DNA of 43,313 bases from Bdellovibrionales bacterium RIFOXYD12_FULL_39_22 (GTDB lineage: Bacteria; Bdellovibrionota; Bacteriovoracia; Bacteriovoracales; Bacteriovoracaceae). Both the position numbers and the translations under genes were made by a program. Location: positions 62,001-105,313 of the forward strand of contig MEQL01000038.1 of assembly GCA_001770205.1 (NCBI GenBank), in the 5' to 3' direction. Shown here in pieces: positions 42,711 to 43,313 of this stretch (the stretch's first letter is position 1; each line of letters starts with the position of its first letter). A model generated the notes under the pieces. That model did no database searches. It saw nothing but the letters and a program-made list of their open reading frames with translations, and had not been told where the DNA came from.

Positions 42711-43155
42711 ATTAAATAAGTGCCTCAAGTAAAAAGCGACTATACGTTGAAGAGTAATACATGTATTTAAAAAAGTACAAAATTTATTTATCATAGACCC
42801 TTATTCTAAAATTAAAAGTAGGAAATTTTCACGATTTTGTCGTTCCTAAATCAAATTTCCACACAGCAATAGTTTTATAAAAAATTGCGACAAATAAAGG
42901 AGAGCAAAAAAATATTTTTGTGCGTTTGGGGGGGGCGGGCCAGTTGTTAGCGGAATACGCCGGCGAATGAAAAATACTGGTGCAGAGGCAAACCTTGAGA
43001 AACTCATTTTTGATAAAGTACGATGGGCCGTGGATGTGGATGGTTGTCCGAGAAAAAAATAACTAAAAACTCAGCAGTCATGAATTCTAAGAGATCGCTA
43101 TCGAAGGAACTTGGAGAAGTTTGGCCTGACTGGCCTTGATCTAACTCTATTGAAC

Positions 43156-43179
43156 ATGCCTCAAAAAATAGGCATTTTT
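43156..43179 (+). terminator. Weak terminator-like hairpin
   Basis: ATGCCT-caaaaaat-AGGCAT followed by TTTT. Confidence 0.3.
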
Positions 43180-43313
43180 CGTGAAAAAAAACATAACTAG
43201 TTTAGTGTTTTAATGTTTTTAATAAAGAGATTGAGTTGTCTTTTTTTGATTTTAAATCAATGCGTTAGCAAGGGTATGTTTTTCTTTTTTGTTTTTGTTA
43301 ACAAAAATAATTG

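Noticed and set aside
42987..43020. GGCAAACC...GAAA, resembling the start of a c-di-GMP-I riboswitch
   Set aside because: The GAAA is not closed by a proper stem, and the downstream GGGACGCAAAGC element is absent.

Overview
AT-rich chromosomal window from a flagellated Gram-negative bacterium. Gene content and protein style suggest Bdellovibrionota (Bacteriovoracia-like); this is an inference. It holds housekeeping genes (lysS, an actinobacterial-type serC, coaE, mazG, ybeY, prfB with a +1 programmed frameshift, lolC/E-lolD). A surface-protein block encodes a GLUG lipoprotein, a 2758-aa lipoprotein with 18 Cys-paired Big_1-like Ig repeats, a PilZ protein, a cyclophilin and a DsbA/ScsC-like oxidoreductase. 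A complete fliL-fliM-fliN-fliO-fliP-fliQ-fliR-flhB-flhA-flhF-flhG-fliA cluster is followed by a chemoreceptor-shaped protein with a degenerate tip. The strongest novelty candidates are: (1) an FlhF with most GTPase motifs eroded, paired with an FlhG lacking the DQAxxLR activator motif; (2) strong GGCC over-representation; (3) the giant adhesin and a PopZ-like-architecture protein, each behind a candidate sigma28 promoter. I saw no tRNA, rRNA, CRISPR array, integrase or transposase. All counts and alignments were done by eye.
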